Below, in pieces: positions 1-14,247 of a stretch of DNA of 64,000 nucleotides (within the stretch, counting starts at the first letter, position 1; each line of letters begins with the position of its first letter). Below the pieces are notes generated by a model. The model worked only from the letters and a program-made list of their open reading frames with translations. It made no database searches and was not told the origin of the DNA. The position numbers and the translations under genes are program-made. This stretch comes from Octopus vulgaris (lineage: Eukaryota). Where the stretch lies: assembly GCA_951406725.2 (NCBI GenBank), contig OX597816.1:114762001-114826000 (forward strand), given 5' to 3'.

Positions 1-199
1 TTTGATACATTTCCATGTCTCCATGTGAACCAAACATTTCTGGATGAACTGAAAATTGTCAGGATCTTTTTAAAGCATCAATAAATCTGGCCAAAGCATG
101 GCTTGATTTGCAAGTACACCTCCCTGACTTAAGACTGTAACTGCCCAACATTAGAAAGTTGACTTTTTATTTATTTATTTCTTAATTTTTTAAATTTCT

Positions 200-440
200 T
201 ATCTCTTATTTCTTTACTGCCCACAAGGGGCTACACACAGAAGGGACAAACAAGAACAGACAAATGGATTAAGTCGATTATATTGACCCCCAGTGTGTAA
301 CTGGTACTTATTTAATTGACCCTGAAAGGATGAAAGGCAAAGTCGACCTCGGCAGAATTTGAACTTAGAACACAGTGGCAGACGAAATACCACTAAGCAT
401 TTCACCCGGCATGCTAATGTTTCTGCCAGCTCACCGCCTT
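200..440 (-). mobile_element. tRNA-headed SINE, family A (full length, 18-bp TSD)
   Basis: Minus strand reads AAGGCGGTGAGCTGGCAGAAAC...GTTCAAATTC (A/B-box-like), then GCCTTTCATCCTTTC..GGGTC and a TAGCCCCTTGTGGG tail. TSD TTAATTTTTTAAATTTCT at 182-199 and 441-458. Confidence 0.85.
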
Positions 441-927
441 TTAATTTTTTAAATTTCTAGTGGTTGTGAGTGTAGATAGTCGTAAGTCATATAGGTTGTA
501 AGTTGAGGGGAAGGTGTACACTATTGCAATGGTGACCAAATAGTTTGATATGAAAAATCACATATGATATTTTTAATTTAAAAAAAATATATTTGTAAAT
601 AAAATACACTGCTACATGATATTACAGACTAAAACAGATTGATCAATCATTGCTAATTAAAGGATTTTTCTGCATATTAACTACTGCAGTTAATATATTT
701 AAATTCCAGCAAGTAGGATGTTAATGCTACCAATGAAACTCAACATTATCTCAGGGACCTCATATACCTTTAAGAGCCATAAGAGGCTTGTGAGCTGCAG
801 TATGGCCACCATTGCTAAACTGTAAACATTTTTGTTTTGTTTTTAATTGAAGGCTGAATTTTGAAATCTTATAGGTTTAGTTATTTTTGTCATTCATAAT
901 TGTATTCTTAAGTCATAATTATATTAG

Positions 928-1520
928 TGTCACCATCTCTAGCTGAGCAGTTATTCTGAGCTGATGAAGAGAGATAACCCAGAAAACATTAGTACACAGA
1001 TATTGCTTTGGGCTGCGTGGTGACAATAAGCTTCCTTGTTCAAAAATGTAAGGATGCAGATAATGCTTCAATAGCCAGCTGGAGATGATGCTTTCTGGAG
1101 CTAAATAACAGAAACATTCATCCTAATCGGGACTACCACATTATGTTGGCAAACAATATTTACTCTGGAGTACTGTTACTGAATGTTTCTCATTCAGAGA
1201 TTTAGAATAATAATTTTTCTATTTATGATTTCAGTGACTGTGTGTCACTTTGAAAAGTATATATTTTGAACAAGAATTTAATGTTGCCATCTCTAGCTGA
1301 GCAATTATTCTGAACTGATGAAGAAAAATAACTCAAAAACCATTGGTATACAGGTATTGCTTTGGGCTGAGTGGGGACACTAAGCTCCCTTGTTTGAAAC
1401 TATAAGGACACAGATAGCGCATCAATAGCTAACTGGAGATGATGATGTTTCTTGGGGTTAAATAATAGTAACATTTGTCCTAATCAGGACTGCCACATTA
1501 TGTTGGCAAATAATCTATAC
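928..1520. repeat. Diverged direct duplication, ~235-bp units ~356 bp apart
   Basis: CCATCTCTAGCTGAGCA...CTGATGAAGA...CCACATTATGTTGGCAAA at 928-1163 and 1284-1520. Confidence 0.85.
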
Positions 1521-1544
1521 ACATAATTACATTGTTCATATCAA

Positions 1545-1752
1545 TTTCAACTTTCGGTACAAGATCAACAGTTTCAGAGAGGGAGGTAAGTTGATTACAT
1601 TGCCCCCCCCCCAATGATCAACTGGTCATTATTTTATCAACCCCAAAAGGATGAAAAGCAAAATTAACCTCCACAGAATTTGAACTCAGAACATAAAGAC
1701 AGACGAAATACTGCTAAGCATTTTACTCAGCACAGTCACAATTCTGCTAGCT
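1545..1752 (-). mobile_element. Diverged SINE family A copy
   Basis: AGGATGAAAAGCAAA...GAATTTGAACTCAGAAC...GACGAAATACTGCTAAGCATTT matches family A. Confidence 0.75.
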
Positions 1753-1759
1753 GTCACTC

Positions 1760-1970
1760 TAATTATATTGTTAATATCATAGTATATATTGTTAATATCA
1801 TAATTATATTGTTAATGTCATAACATACATTGTTAATATCACAATTATATTGTTAATGTCGTCATTATGTATTGTTAATATCATAATATATCTTGTTAAT
1901 GCCATCATTATATATTGTTAATGTCATAATTACATGTTGTTAATGTCATCATTATATTGTTAATATTGAA
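1760..1970. repeat. AT-rich minisatellite, ~19-21 bp unit, about 10 copies
   Basis: Recurrent (TA)TATTGTTAAT(A/G)TCAT. Confidence 0.85.
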
Positions 1971-2232
1971 TATATTTTATTAATTTATATTACAACTATT
2001 GTCAGTCACATTTACAGCTTAAGCTAATCTGAGATTCAGCATGTGGTTGCTCAGTTATTAGAAAGAGCAGCTATAACCACCTCATAAAGAGATAAAAATT
2101 AAAACCTTCTCTCAAAATCCTGAGTTAATTTATATTTGCAAATTCTAGATTAATAATGTTGAAGTTATCTTACTAAGTTTTTCATTATTTTCAAAAATGA
2201 ATTGAAACAAAGGGAATTTTAACTGAAATATA

Positions 2233-2465
2233 TATTTCTTTACTACCCACAAGGGGCTAAACACAGAGGGGACAAACAAGGACAGACAAACGGATTAAGT
2301 TGATTATATCGACCCCAGTGTGTAACTGGTACTTATTTAATCGACCCAGAAAGGATGAAAGGCAAAGTCTACCTCGGCAGAATTTGAACTCAGAATGTAG
2401 CGGCAGATGAAATACTGCTAAGCATTTCGCCCGGCGTGCTAATGTTTCTGCCAACTCGCCGCCTT
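2233..2465 (-). mobile_element. SINE family A (full length, 22-bp TSD)
   Basis: Close match to 200-440. TSD AGGGAATTTTAACTGAAATATA at 2211-2232 and 2466-2487. Confidence 0.9.
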
Positions 2466-2819
2466 AGGGAATTTTAACTGAAATATAGTTAACCCCTTTA
2501 TCCTAACTCTGCTGGATCATGACTGACCAAAGATAAACAATAATAGCTATGATCAATGATACTTAACTCTTGCCAGCCCAGTCAACCAGGTTGGACATAG
2601 GTAGCACATATATAGATCCTTGCTAGAAGAATGTTAGAAATTGTCTTAGCATTTTACACTAATCTGTCTGATACTGCTCCTCATTGTATGATACAAATTT
2701 TGTCATTTGAAGTGATCTAAATTAAAATCTCCCATCAAAACTTTGTAGATAATACCCAACATCAAGTTAAGCTTATGGTACATCATCACAGAAGTTCCTT
2801 TTGTTTGTTTTTTAGGCAG

Positions 2820-3012
2820 ATTTCTCATCCATCACCAGCTTGCCAGGCCTGTTGTGAATTAATCATAATACTCGTTTTTGCTAGTTGAGTGGATTAAAGT
2901 AATATGAAATGAAATGTTTTGCTTCGTAAAACAATGCATCTCCCAGTCTAGGAATCAAAACCACAATCTTACAATCATGAGCCCCACACACTAACAACTA
3001 AGCCATGCACCC
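2820..3012 (-). mobile_element. Diverged tRNA-headed SINE, family D group
   Basis: Reverse complement gives GCATGGCTTAGTTGTTAG...TTTGATTCCTAGACTGGG, like the heads at 37147 and 62570. Confidence 0.6.
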
Positions 3013-3174
3013 CCACCACAATTTCATATTAATTTATATTCTAAACTAGCTTGATAAATGACAATTAACAGAAAAAAGTTAATTTAATAGAAATGTGATA
3101 ATAAAAGGATAAATACTAAGTGTTTCACAAGCTTGCAAACTTGAGCCTCCAGGTTCATCATCATCACCACCACC

Positions 3175-3503
3175 ACTTATTTTATTGACTCCAGAAGGAT
3201 GAAAAGCAAAGCTGACCTCAGTAGAATTTGAACTCAGAATGTAAAGACAGATGAAATGCTGCTAAACATTTTGCCTGGCATACTGATTCTGCCAGCTTGT
3301 TGCCTTCAAAGTTAATACAATATTTGTTTTAAATTTTGGCACAAAACCAACAAGTCCAGCAAAGGGGTAAGTTGATACTTATTTCATCAACCTCAAGAGA
3401 ATGAAAGGCAAAGTCGACCTCAGCAGAGTTTGAACTCAGAATGGAAACATGAATGAAATGCAGCTAAGTATTTTGCCTGGTGTGCTAGCAATTCTACCAG
3501 CTT
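3175..3503 (-). mobile_element. Two adjacent partial SINE family A copies
   Basis: GAAAGGCAAAGTCGACCTC/GAATTTGAACTCAGAATG block at 3175-3306 and ~3335-3503. Confidence 0.75.
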
Positions 3504-4098
3504 CATCATCATCATCATCATCATCATTGTTTAATATCCACGCTCCATGCTAGCATGGGTTGTACGGTTTGACTGGGGACTAGTGAACCAGATGCTTGCA
3601 CCAGGCTCCAATCTGATCTGGCAGAGTTTCTACAGCTGGATGCCCTTCCTAACCCCAACCACTCTGAGAGTGTAGTGGGTGCTTTTATGTGCCATTGGCA
3701 CAAGGGCCAGTCAGGTGGTACTGACAATGACCATGCACAAATGGTGATTTTATGTGTCACCTGCACAGGAGCCAGTCCAGCGGCACTGGCAACGCCCTTG
3801 CTTGAATGTTGTTTTTCAAGTACCACTGGCAAAAGTGCCAGTAAGGTGTTGCTGGTAATGATCACACTCGAATGGTGCTTTTTACATGCCACTGGCACAG
3901 TGGCCAGTCAGCGGCCCTGGCAATGATCCTGCTCAGATGGTGCTCTTAGTGTTCTACTAGCACAGATGCCCAGTCATGCGGTGCTGTCATAGAATTTGAT
4001 TTCGATTTCACCTGCCTCAACAGGTCTTCACAAGCAGAGTTTAGTGGGCTGGTTACACCACTGGCATAGGCCACAGGTTATGGTCTCACTTGGCTTTT
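3503..4098 (-). mobile_element. RTE LINE 3'UTR fragment with (GAT)n tail
   Basis: Colinear with the 3'UTR of the RTE at 49973-50766, including GGATGCCCTTCCTAAC and degenerate ~60-bp subrepeats. Confidence 0.85.
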
Positions 4099-4099
4099 G

Positions 4100-4623
4100 C
4101 AGTAATATCTCACTTTTTTGAGGACCTGCTTTATGAGATCCTGGGCCTATGAGTTTTATTTTTCAAATACAAGATTCAAATTTTGAATGAAGTGCAAAAG
4201 TTTCTACTACCATAACAAATGCTTCTGTGTGTTACAGAGAAGTTTATAGAGAGCAAAAAAAGCTTCTTCTAAGTGAACAACTCTAGACTTGTTTTCTAAA
4301 AAGAAATCTACAAGTCCGTCTATGGGTGCTTGTGAATCGGCGATGGCATCTACAAGTGATTTAGAAAGCGCTAATAATAAAATTTTTTATTATAAATGAT
4401 CTTGACATTCCTTTTACTTTCCATAAAGTATTCTTCACATTCTAGTGTTGTTTTATTGCCATTTATTTACAAGTATTATAAATTTTATAGGTAAAATATT
4501 TTTCTAGGAATGAATTACGATTTATAACATTGCTACTATGGGAAATTATTGCTCTGCTATACAAGTTTTTGTTTTACAAGTGGTCTCCAGGAATAAATTA
4601 ACTCGAATATCAAGGCATTACTG
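4100..4623. mobile_element. pogo/Tigger-like MITE
   Basis: Ends CAGTAATATCTC ... CAAGGCATTACTG followed by TA; Tigger-like subterminal sequence. Confidence 0.6.
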
Positions 4624-6553
4624 TACATACTAAATCTTTTATCTATCATCACATACTTTATCTTATCCTAGGGTTAGTAGAGTTAAAATAAACATGAGTT
4701 GAATGTGCTGAAGTAGACAGGAAGACTAACCCTCCCATCATTATATAAGAGATAGATTTAGATTTAATATAGGGAAGTATATCACTTGAAATACTAAATG
4801 TTACCAATTTCTAATTCATGAGCTCTAAATCTGCTCTAATATTAACTATTAAGGATTTTAGTGTTTAAAATAAACTGAACATGTGCAAAGATAACAAATT
4901 ATGATAAAAATCAAAGGAAAAAGGGAAGTACAATATACATACATGCATACATACATACAAACATACGTAGATAGATACATAGATAGATAGAGACATACAT
5001 ATAAGCATACAAACACACATACATACACACACATATACATACATGCACACAGATACATACTTTCATACATACATACACACATACATACATACACACATAC
5101 ATACATGCATACACATACATGCACACACATACACACACTTACATACACACATACATACACATACATACATGCACACACATACACACACATACATGCACAC
5201 ACATACATACATGCGTACATACATACATACATACATACATACATACTTGCATACATACATACATACATACATACATACATACATACATAAATACATACAT
5301 ATATACATATACATGCATGTGTTGTTGTATGTAGATATATATTTACTTATACAAAACAGTTTACAAAAATATCTGAATTTGCAAAATTATCAAACCTACA
5401 TTAAAAAACAAAGAGCAAAAACAAAGACAAAAAACAAAAATTAAAAGAAAACTATAAGAGTATCAAAAAACGAAAAATTTTAAAAAACAATATACATAAT
5501 ATATTTTTTCTATAATAAGAAAAGATTTTTCAAAATGAGATTTATAACATAAATAAATTCCTTCGCACATCAAAGATCTCAATTGGAAAAAAGTAAATAA
5601 ATAAATAAATAAATAAATAAAATTAAGTTGTTGCCTTTGGTTGTTATTGTTTTTCTTTATATTTTGTTTATATTTGTATTTCTTCTGTTTTCTTTTTAAT
5701 TTCTTTTTTTATTTTTGTTTCTACTTTTGTATTTGTTCTGGAGCAATTTATCAGGATGGTGCTGATGGCAGATATGATGGTGGTGAGGGTTGGGGGAGTT
5801 TGAGAGTTGGGGTTTGGGGTTTTGGAGGTTGAGAGGGTGGGGTGGGGGTGGGGGTAGAATATTTATCTTTTGAGTTGTTATGTCTATTCTAAAGCTTTGC
5901 TATAAATAGATTCTCTCCAAGAAATATATACAAGAACTCCACACCATCTCAACAACAACAACAACAAGAACAACTACAACAATGAAAAAAACAACAATAG
6001 CCATCGTAATCTCAACAAGAGGACCTACAAAAGCAACAACAACAATAACAAGTAGAGTGAATCCCATCATCATTAGTATCTTCCTCTTCCTTCCCCTCCT
6101 CCTCCTCCTCATCACCACCATCATCATCATTACCATCATCATCATCATCATCATCATCCCCCCACCATTGTCTTTCTCCTCGCCCTTGTCTTCTTCCTCC
6201 TCCCTCACATCCTCTTTCTTAATACCACCACCACCACATCATTGTCATCATCATCATCATCACCATCACATCGTCAACATTATCATCATCATGAGCAGCA
6301 GCAAAAACAAATACAATTATCTCCAAAGAAGAAAAGCTTTGTGGTATGGTTTTTACAGAATTACATGGCCTGGTTCTCATATAAGCTAATTAATGAATTT
6401 TAAACATTTTATCAATCAAATTTTTAATTATTTTCACATATTTACAAACATAAACATACATATTCACACAGTAAAAAGGTATGAATATGTGAATTAATAT
6501 ATGTATATATATGCTATGTGTGAATAATGTATGTATGTATATATATATCTATT

Positions 6554-6609
<56 letters not shown>

Positions 6610-7665
6610 CTATATAGTAATAATGATAATAATAATCATCTCCTGCATAATCAACTGCGTCCAGTCAATCCAGGAATGCAAACTATGATTGTAAGAAACA
6701 TGTGATTTATGGAAACATGCGTAGTGATGCATTAAAATATTTATAAATTCCATTTCCATCCATGGGTTATTATTATTATTATTAGACCAGACTCCCATGG
6801 CTTTGATGGGTTTTTCAGCAAGTAACCTTTCAAAGCGTCTCCCCCTATTGGGAGTTTTATTTGTTATATTTTTCATTGTTATTTGAATGTTTACATGGAC
6901 CTTTCTTTTTCGCAAAACCCTTTATACTTTTCGTCCAGTGTTTGTCCTTACATGTTTTTTTATTTATGTTAGCCCTTGCAGCCAATAAGCCAGAATTAAT
7001 TATTATTATCATTATTATTATTATTATTATTATTACTATTATTATTATTATTATTATTACTATATTTATCCTACACTATATTAACACAGCTTGGTATGAC
7101 CCAAAAAGCTGGTATCACCCTTTTGCAGCATTGGGCTGAAGCCAGCATAGTAAAATAGCAGCTTTCATATGCATATTCAAAAATGTCTTCCTTAAACTAA
7201 CTTAGAAGATATGTGTGTGTGTGTGTGTCCATGCCTGTGTGTTGTTATATGCCTTATAAGAATCAAGGCATATTCACTTGTTGGATGCCAAAAATGGCTA
7301 GGTATGATGACATAGAGCTCACACCGAAATGTATCAAGTGTTGGTGGGATACTGAAGATAAGTAAGTACCAAACCAACTTAACCCATTGGGGTGTGTCCT
7401 TGGTGTAGCATAGTTATAAAAAGTAAACACTCTGTATTTTCTTCAACATATGACGTCATTAATCTAGACATGGCTTTTTTTCCCTCTCCATTTCTTTCTT
7501 TCCTCATTCTTTTCTGGAGAAGAGCATAGGCTCGAAACATCAAAGAATTTGTTCATTTTTCCTGAGTGTCAAAGTAAAAAAATAATGCACCTTGTTTGTT
7601 GGTCCTTCACCTGCCTCTGTTTTTTAGCTTTTTGTTTTCAGTACAATTTTGAACCACACACACAT

Positions 7666-7727
<62 letters not shown>

Positions 7728-7844
7728 AAACACACACACACACTCACATACACACACATATATGTTAATATGTATGTGTGAATATAAAATTATATGTATG
7801 CCTGTCTATAAGTACTTGTATACTTGGAAGAATTTGTACATACA

Positions 7845-7895
<51 letters not shown>

Positions 7896-8427
7896 CTACA
7901 TATATGTGTGTGAATATGTTTGCATGTGTGTGTGCTATTATGTATATATGCTTGCGTGTATGCATGTATGTATGTTGGGTTGTATATAGATATGTATGTT
8001 TGTATGTATACTTGTATTTACACGTCGGGCAGTACTGGCATCGACCATGCTGGTACTTTTTATGCCACTTAACAGTCAGGTAGCACTGGCATCATCCACT
8101 CACTCGAATGGTGCATTTGAAACCTGTCAGCTACCCTCACTTGGGAAAGACATTGCCAAGGGTGTGACCTCTGTTGCATAAGGCTTCAGGTGAGAGCTGG
8201 GTATCAGGTGGGATCCAAAGCAGACAAGCTACTCTCAAGAACGCCACACATTCCCATGTCAGAGGTACTAACCCACTTGGACCCACCCATACACATCATA
8301 AGTGTGCATGCTTGTATGTAAATTTATCTAAGTATATGTATACTATTTTTATGTGTGTGTACATGTATAACAATATGTATGTACATATTAATATATGTTT
8401 GTGTGAGTGGATATATATATATATATG

Positions 8428-8745
8428 TCATCATCATCGCCATCATTTAACGTCCATTTTCCATGCTGGCATGGGTTGGACGTTTTGACTCAGTACTGGC
8501 AAGCCAGAAGGCTGCACCAGGCTCCAATCTGATCTGGCAAGGTTTCTACAGCTGGGTGCCCTTTGTATCATCAACCACTCTGAGAGTGTAGTGGGTGCTT
8601 TTTATGTACCATCAGCACAGAAGCCAGTCGGGCAGTACTGGCATCGACCATGGTCGAATGGTACTTTTTATGTGCCACTCAGTCAGGTAGCACTGGCATC
8701 ATCCACACTCGAATGGTGCATTTTACAAGAGCCAGTCAGGCGACA
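8428..8745 (-). mobile_element. RTE 3'UTR fragment; part duplicated at 8025-8118
   Basis: (CAT)n-TTTAACGTCC...GGGTGCTTTT. GGGCAGTACTGGCATCGACCATG occurs at ~8026 and ~8630. Confidence 0.8.
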
Positions 8746-8764
8746 CTATATATATATATATATA

Positions 8765-9245
8765 GGTGCAGGCATTGTTGTATGGGAAGAAGGTTGCTTC
8801 CCAACCACATGGTTCCAGGTTCAGTCCTACTGCATGGCACCTTGGATCAGTGTCTTCTACTATAGCCTTGGGCTGACCAAAGTCTTGTGAGTGGGCTTCG
8901 TAGACAATAAGTTGAAGAAGCCCGTCATATATGTGTGTGTGTGTGCTTGTATGCATGTGTGTGTGTGCTTGTATGCATGTGTGTGTGTGTATATATATAT
9001 GTGTGTGTACTTGTGTGTGTGTGTGTGTTTGTATTTGTGTTCGTACCTTGCCAACACTTGACAACTTGTGTTGATGCATCAACCTCCCCGTAACCTAACG
9101 GTATGGCTAAAGAAACAGGTAGATTAAGTACCAGGCTTAAATAAATAAATAAAAACTAGGATCGATTCATTCAATTAAAATTATTGAAGCTGGTGCCCCA
9201 GCATGGCCACAGTCTGATGACTGAAACAAGTAAAAGAGTAAAAGA
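8765..9245 (+). mobile_element. tRNA-headed CORE-like SINE, family B
   Basis: A/B-box-like head (GGTTCAGTCC), a GCACCTTGG..AGTGTCTT segment resembling the CORE domain, internal microsatellite, tail CCAGCATGGCCACAG..GACTGAAACAAGTAAAAGA. Confidence 0.85.
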
Positions 9246-9263
9246 TTAACGATATGAACCCTT

Positions 9264-9496
9264 AAGGCGGCGAGCTGGCAGAAACGTTAGTGCGACGGGC
9301 GAAATGCGTAGCTGTATTTCGTCTGCCGTTACGTTCTAGGTTCAAATTCTGCCAAGGTTGACTTTGCCTTTCATCCTTTCAGGGTCGATAAATTAAGTAC
9401 CAGTTACGCTCTGGGGTCGATGTAATCGACTTAATCCCTTTGTCTGTCCTTTTTTGTCCCCTCTGTGTTTAGCCCCTTGTGGGTAGTAAAGAAATA
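9264..9496 (+). mobile_element. SINE family A (full length, 13-bp TSD)
   Basis: AAGGCGGCGAGCTGGCAGAAACGTTAG head. TSD GATATGAACCCTT at 9251-9263 and 9497-9509. Confidence 0.9.
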
Positions 9497-9734
9497 GATA
9501 TGAACCCTTGTTTTTTATAGTTGTTTGCATGGATAAATTGTATTTGTATGGATAAATGTATGCATAGAAGCTGGCTAACTATCTTTCTATTTATTTATCT
9601 ATCAACCTTTTTCTTTGTCTTGCTACTTATGAGGTGTTGCAAGAATTTTCAATATTTCTGTGTGTGTTTGTATGTGTTTGTGTGTGCACTTGCAAAATAT
9701 ACAAATGCGCACATGAACATGCATAGAAATATAG

Positions 9735-9798
<64 letters not shown>

Positions 9799-9823
9799 GT
9801 ATATATATATGCACACACACACC

Positions 9824-9869
<46 letters not shown>

Positions 9870-10536
9870 CATATGTGTGTGTGTGTGAAGACTTACATAA
9901 ATATGCAAATTTAGAGTTAAATGGTTATAAAGATGGTAGTAAAGCAACTTCAATCATAATTCAGAAATTTCTTGTTAAAAAAAAACAGAAGCAAAAATCA
10001 ATGGTAACACCACCACCACCACCACCACCACCACTGCCGCAGCTACCGCCACCACCACCACCGCCACTACCATCACCACCACCACCGCTGCCGCCACCAC
10101 CACCGCCGCTGCCACTACCATCACCACCACCACCACCACCACTACCACCACTGACAACAACAACAACAAGACATGCATACACATGCACACACACTCTCAA
10201 ATACTCACACATGCCTTTCATGTATTTTGCCTTTTATTTGTTTCAGTCATTGAACTGTGGCCATGCTGTGGCACTGCCTTGAGCGGGGTTTAGTCAAACA
10301 AATATGAACCCCAATACTCTTATATATATATATATCTTTAAAGTCTGGCCCTTATTCCATCGAACATTTTTTTTTGCCAGACTGCTAGGTTACAGAGCCA
10401 TAAAAAAAACCAACACCATTTGTCAAGCAGTAGTTGTGGGGACGAACATGAAAATGGACATACACATACATTATGTGTGTATATATATATATATGTAAAT
10501 ATATGTGTGTCTGTGTGCACATGCATGTGTATATGT

Positions 10537-10588
<52 letters not shown>

Positions 10589-10620
10589 TACATATATGTA
10601 TATAAGCATATATATATATA

Positions 10621-10845
10621 TCATCATCATCATCATCATCGATTAACGTCCGTTTTCCGCGCTAGCACGGGTTGGATGGTTTCGACTGGGGTCTGGGGAG
10701 CTAGGGACTGCCCTAGGCTCCAGTCTGGTCTGGCAGTGTTTCTACAGCTGGACTCCGCGAGTGTAGTGGGTGCTTTTTACGTGCCACCTGCACAGGTGCC
10801 AGAGGGGTCTGGCATAGGCCACGTTCGGATGGTGCTTTTTATGTG
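10621..10845 (-). mobile_element. RTE 3'UTR fragment
   Basis: (CAT)n plus TAACGTCCGTTTTCC...CTACAGCTGGA. Other copies near 14362, 15120, 16920, 17455, 33125, 35230 and 39290. Confidence 0.8.
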
Positions 10846-10942
10846 GGGGGGTGGGGGTGCCGAAATTTAGGGGAGCACCAGTGGGGAGGGGTGGTTCAGA
10901 GAAATGATGACAGGTTCTATGCATATATATATATATATATGC

Positions 10943-10974
<32 letters not shown>

Positions 10975-11475
10975 GTATATATATGTATGCATGTATGTGT
11001 ATATGTCTATATGTTTTATAATTCTCCTTTACGGTTTAACATTGCAGCTAACTGTTTATATCAATTATTATGTGCATATGTGTGTGTGCTCGCATGCCTG
11101 TGCATGTGCGTGTGCATGATGGGATTTTAACACAGATTCCCTATATTGAATTCCTTCTTAATTCTTTGAGTGGTGCAAAGTCATAGCAGGAGACACTTGC
11201 CCAAAGCACCATTCAGTTGGACTGAACCCAGAGCCATGTGGTTTGAAAACGAACGTCTTACCACGCAGCCATAGGAATGTGTATGTGAGTGAAAATCTTT
11301 TACTCCCAACTTCAGCTTCATCAACAAAATCCAACCAATGCTTAAAAAAAAGCAATATTCATAAACAATAAAAACAAATAAAAAAAACATCAAAAAACAA
11401 AAAGGAAACAACAAGCGTATCTTAATCAAATAAAGAATTAAGATAAATAGATATACAACAAAATGATTTAATTAA

Positions 11476-11634
<159 letters not shown>

Positions 11635-12816
11635 GTATATATATATAAATATATAAATATATATATATATATATAAATGTATGTATGTATATATATAGGT
11701 ATGTATATAATCTATTTTGCTGGAGAAAAGTTGTGTAAACATTAGTATAAATGACTGGTCCTATCAACTTACTCTGTTAGATGGTCTGGAACAATGGCAC
11801 CTCACCAGACAGCAAAGTATTTCAATGGGAAAAGATTATTTTCAAACGTATCACTCACTTGTGGTAAGAATTTGTCAAAATTTTCCATTAAAATTTACTT
11901 TGTAAACTACAATATTTCATTCCCAGTCAATTGTTACGCCCATTTACAACATTTCTCAATTAAATTCTTTAATTTTGCTTCCTGATTTTATTTACTTGGT
12001 AGTTTAAAAATTATTTTCAGATGGTATTTACATTTTTTTCTGTTTCTTTTCTTTTTCCATTTTTAGGTTAGCTTTATTTTTGCTTCCACTTCAGCTTCTT
12101 TGTCACTTTCTGAAGATAATTTCTTGGTGTGTGTGTGTGTGTGTGTATCTATATCTATATATATATATATAAATATGAATGTGTGTATACATGTATGTAT
12201 GTGTGTATATATATATAATTATACAAATATATATGCATACAGAAGATTGACTTACACACATATATTATTAATTGTAAACACACATATTATACGTATAGAT
12301 TATATATATATATATTATATACAGATATGTATATATCACATGTGTATATATAACTATATAATAATTTCAGTATAACCATGTATATATGCTCCTGTGTATG
12401 TATGTGGATGTGCATATATATATCTATATATCTACTTCTCTCTCTCCCCCTCTCTCTCATATGTGTGTATATATATAAATATATTTGTGTGTGTATTATG
12501 TATGTATATATATAAACCTATTTGTGTATGTATGTATATTATGTATGTATATATATATATATATAAACATATATGAGTGAGTGGGCAAATGTAAAAAGTG
12601 GCTATTAACACATGTGGAAGGAGTTACATACATCTTAATAAGAGTTTGACTCAACTCCACATGACTTAAAGTTTTGGGGTCTTGTAGAATGGATCCATCT
12701 CATCAGATATCAAGAGTACGAATCTTGATGTAGATACATGTGTTAAAACAAATCTTGTGTGTGTGTGTTTATTTTAGTTTTAATTGGTATAATGACCCTC
12801 CCTAGACTAGACACAG

Positions 12817-12847
<31 letters not shown>

Positions 12848-12849
<2 letters not shown>

Positions 12850-13312
12850 GGAAATTGCGGATGTGCTACCAGTGCCGGTGGCATGTCGAAACTCTGCTTG
12901 TGAAGACCCATTGAGGCAAGTGAGGATCAGAATCGAAATCGATCAATGGAAATTGAAGATGTGTTACCAGTGCCGGTGGCATGTAAGAGAACTTTCCGTT
13001 TCGCGACCGTTGCCAGCACCGCCCCGTTTCGTGTCCGTTGCCAGCCTCGACTGGCCCTCGTGCCGGTGGCACATAAAAAGCACCATTCGTTCGTGGCCGT
13101 TTGCCAGCTCTGTCTGGCACCAGTGCGGGTGGCACGTAAAAAGCACCCACTACACTCACGGAGTGGTTGGCGTTAGGAAGGGCATCCAGCCGTAGAAACA
13201 CTGCCAGATTTGACTGGGCCTGATGAAGCCTTCTGGCTTCACAGACCCCAGCAGAACCGTCCAACCCATGCTAGCATGGAAAACGGACGCTAAATGATGA
13301 TGATGATGATGA

Positions 13313-13316
<4 letters not shown>
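12848..13316 (+). mobile_element. RTE 3'UTR fragment in (TA)n
   Basis: GTGCCGGTGGCA subrepeats, GGAAGGGCATCCAGC, (GAT)n tail, (TA)n on both sides. Confidence 0.9.
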
Positions 13317-13351
<35 letters not shown>

Positions 13352-13353
<2 letters not shown>

Positions 13354-13540
13354 TCACCATGATAGATCACTAGCCACTAAACCATTTTTATTTTCTCTCC
13401 CTGTTTATTTGTGTCCTTTTCTGTCAAAGAGCATAGGCTCGAAATGTAAAAGACTTTCTCACTTCACGAGTGTTAAACTAATACATCTGTTTGTTGTTTA
13501 CACACCCATCTTCGGTTTTTTTTTTTTTTTGTAAATTCTC
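13352..13540 (+). mobile_element. Family E hammerhead-like insert in (TA)n
   Basis: CTGTCAAAGAGCATAGGCTCGAAATGTAAAAG plus shared tail CTAATACATCTGTTTGTT. Related copies at 7480-7650(+), 13853-14120(-), 19515-19690(+), 23075-23230(-), 58040-58228(+). Confidence 0.75.
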
Positions 13541-13662
13541 ATTATATATATATATACAGGTATGCTGATGCAAACATGAAAGATAGAACTAAAAATATGA
13601 ATATATGTATATTTTTATTAATATTTAACAGAAGTAACAGAGAGTTACAAGATCTGAGAGTT

Positions 13663-13696
<34 letters not shown>

Positions 13697-13707
13697 ATAT
13701 GTATATG

Positions 13708-13791
<84 letters not shown>

Positions 13792-13852
13792 TATACATAC
13801 ATATATATACATATATATATATAAATATATATTTATATATATATATATATAA

Positions 13853-14120
13853 CGGGAAGCTTTATGAAAATAGACAAAAGACGAAGGCAGGTGGAAAACA
13901 AACAAACAATTGTATTAGTATGGCGCTCAGGAAATATAAATAAAACAAGTCTTTAACGTTTCGAGCCTACGCTCTTCAACAGAAAGATACACAGAGAGAA
14001 AAAAACACAGAAAGAAGGAGAGAAAAAAATGCGTGCAGTAACTAACGAATCAACATGGCGATCTGATTTCGGCCAGAGGTCAAAGATCAGACATGAGACG
14101 CGAGAGCGAAATAAGGGGAG
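13853..14120 (-). mobile_element. Family E hammerhead-like insert in (TA)n
   Basis: Minus strand at 13951-13986: CTTT CTGTTGA A GAGC GTAG GCTC GAAAC GTT AAAG. Confidence 0.75.

Positions 14121-14247
<127 letters not shown>

Noticed and set aside
9961-10221. Gly/Ser-rich and poly-Pro ORFs
   Set aside because: (CCA/CCG)n trinucleotide repeat with no splice or coding context.
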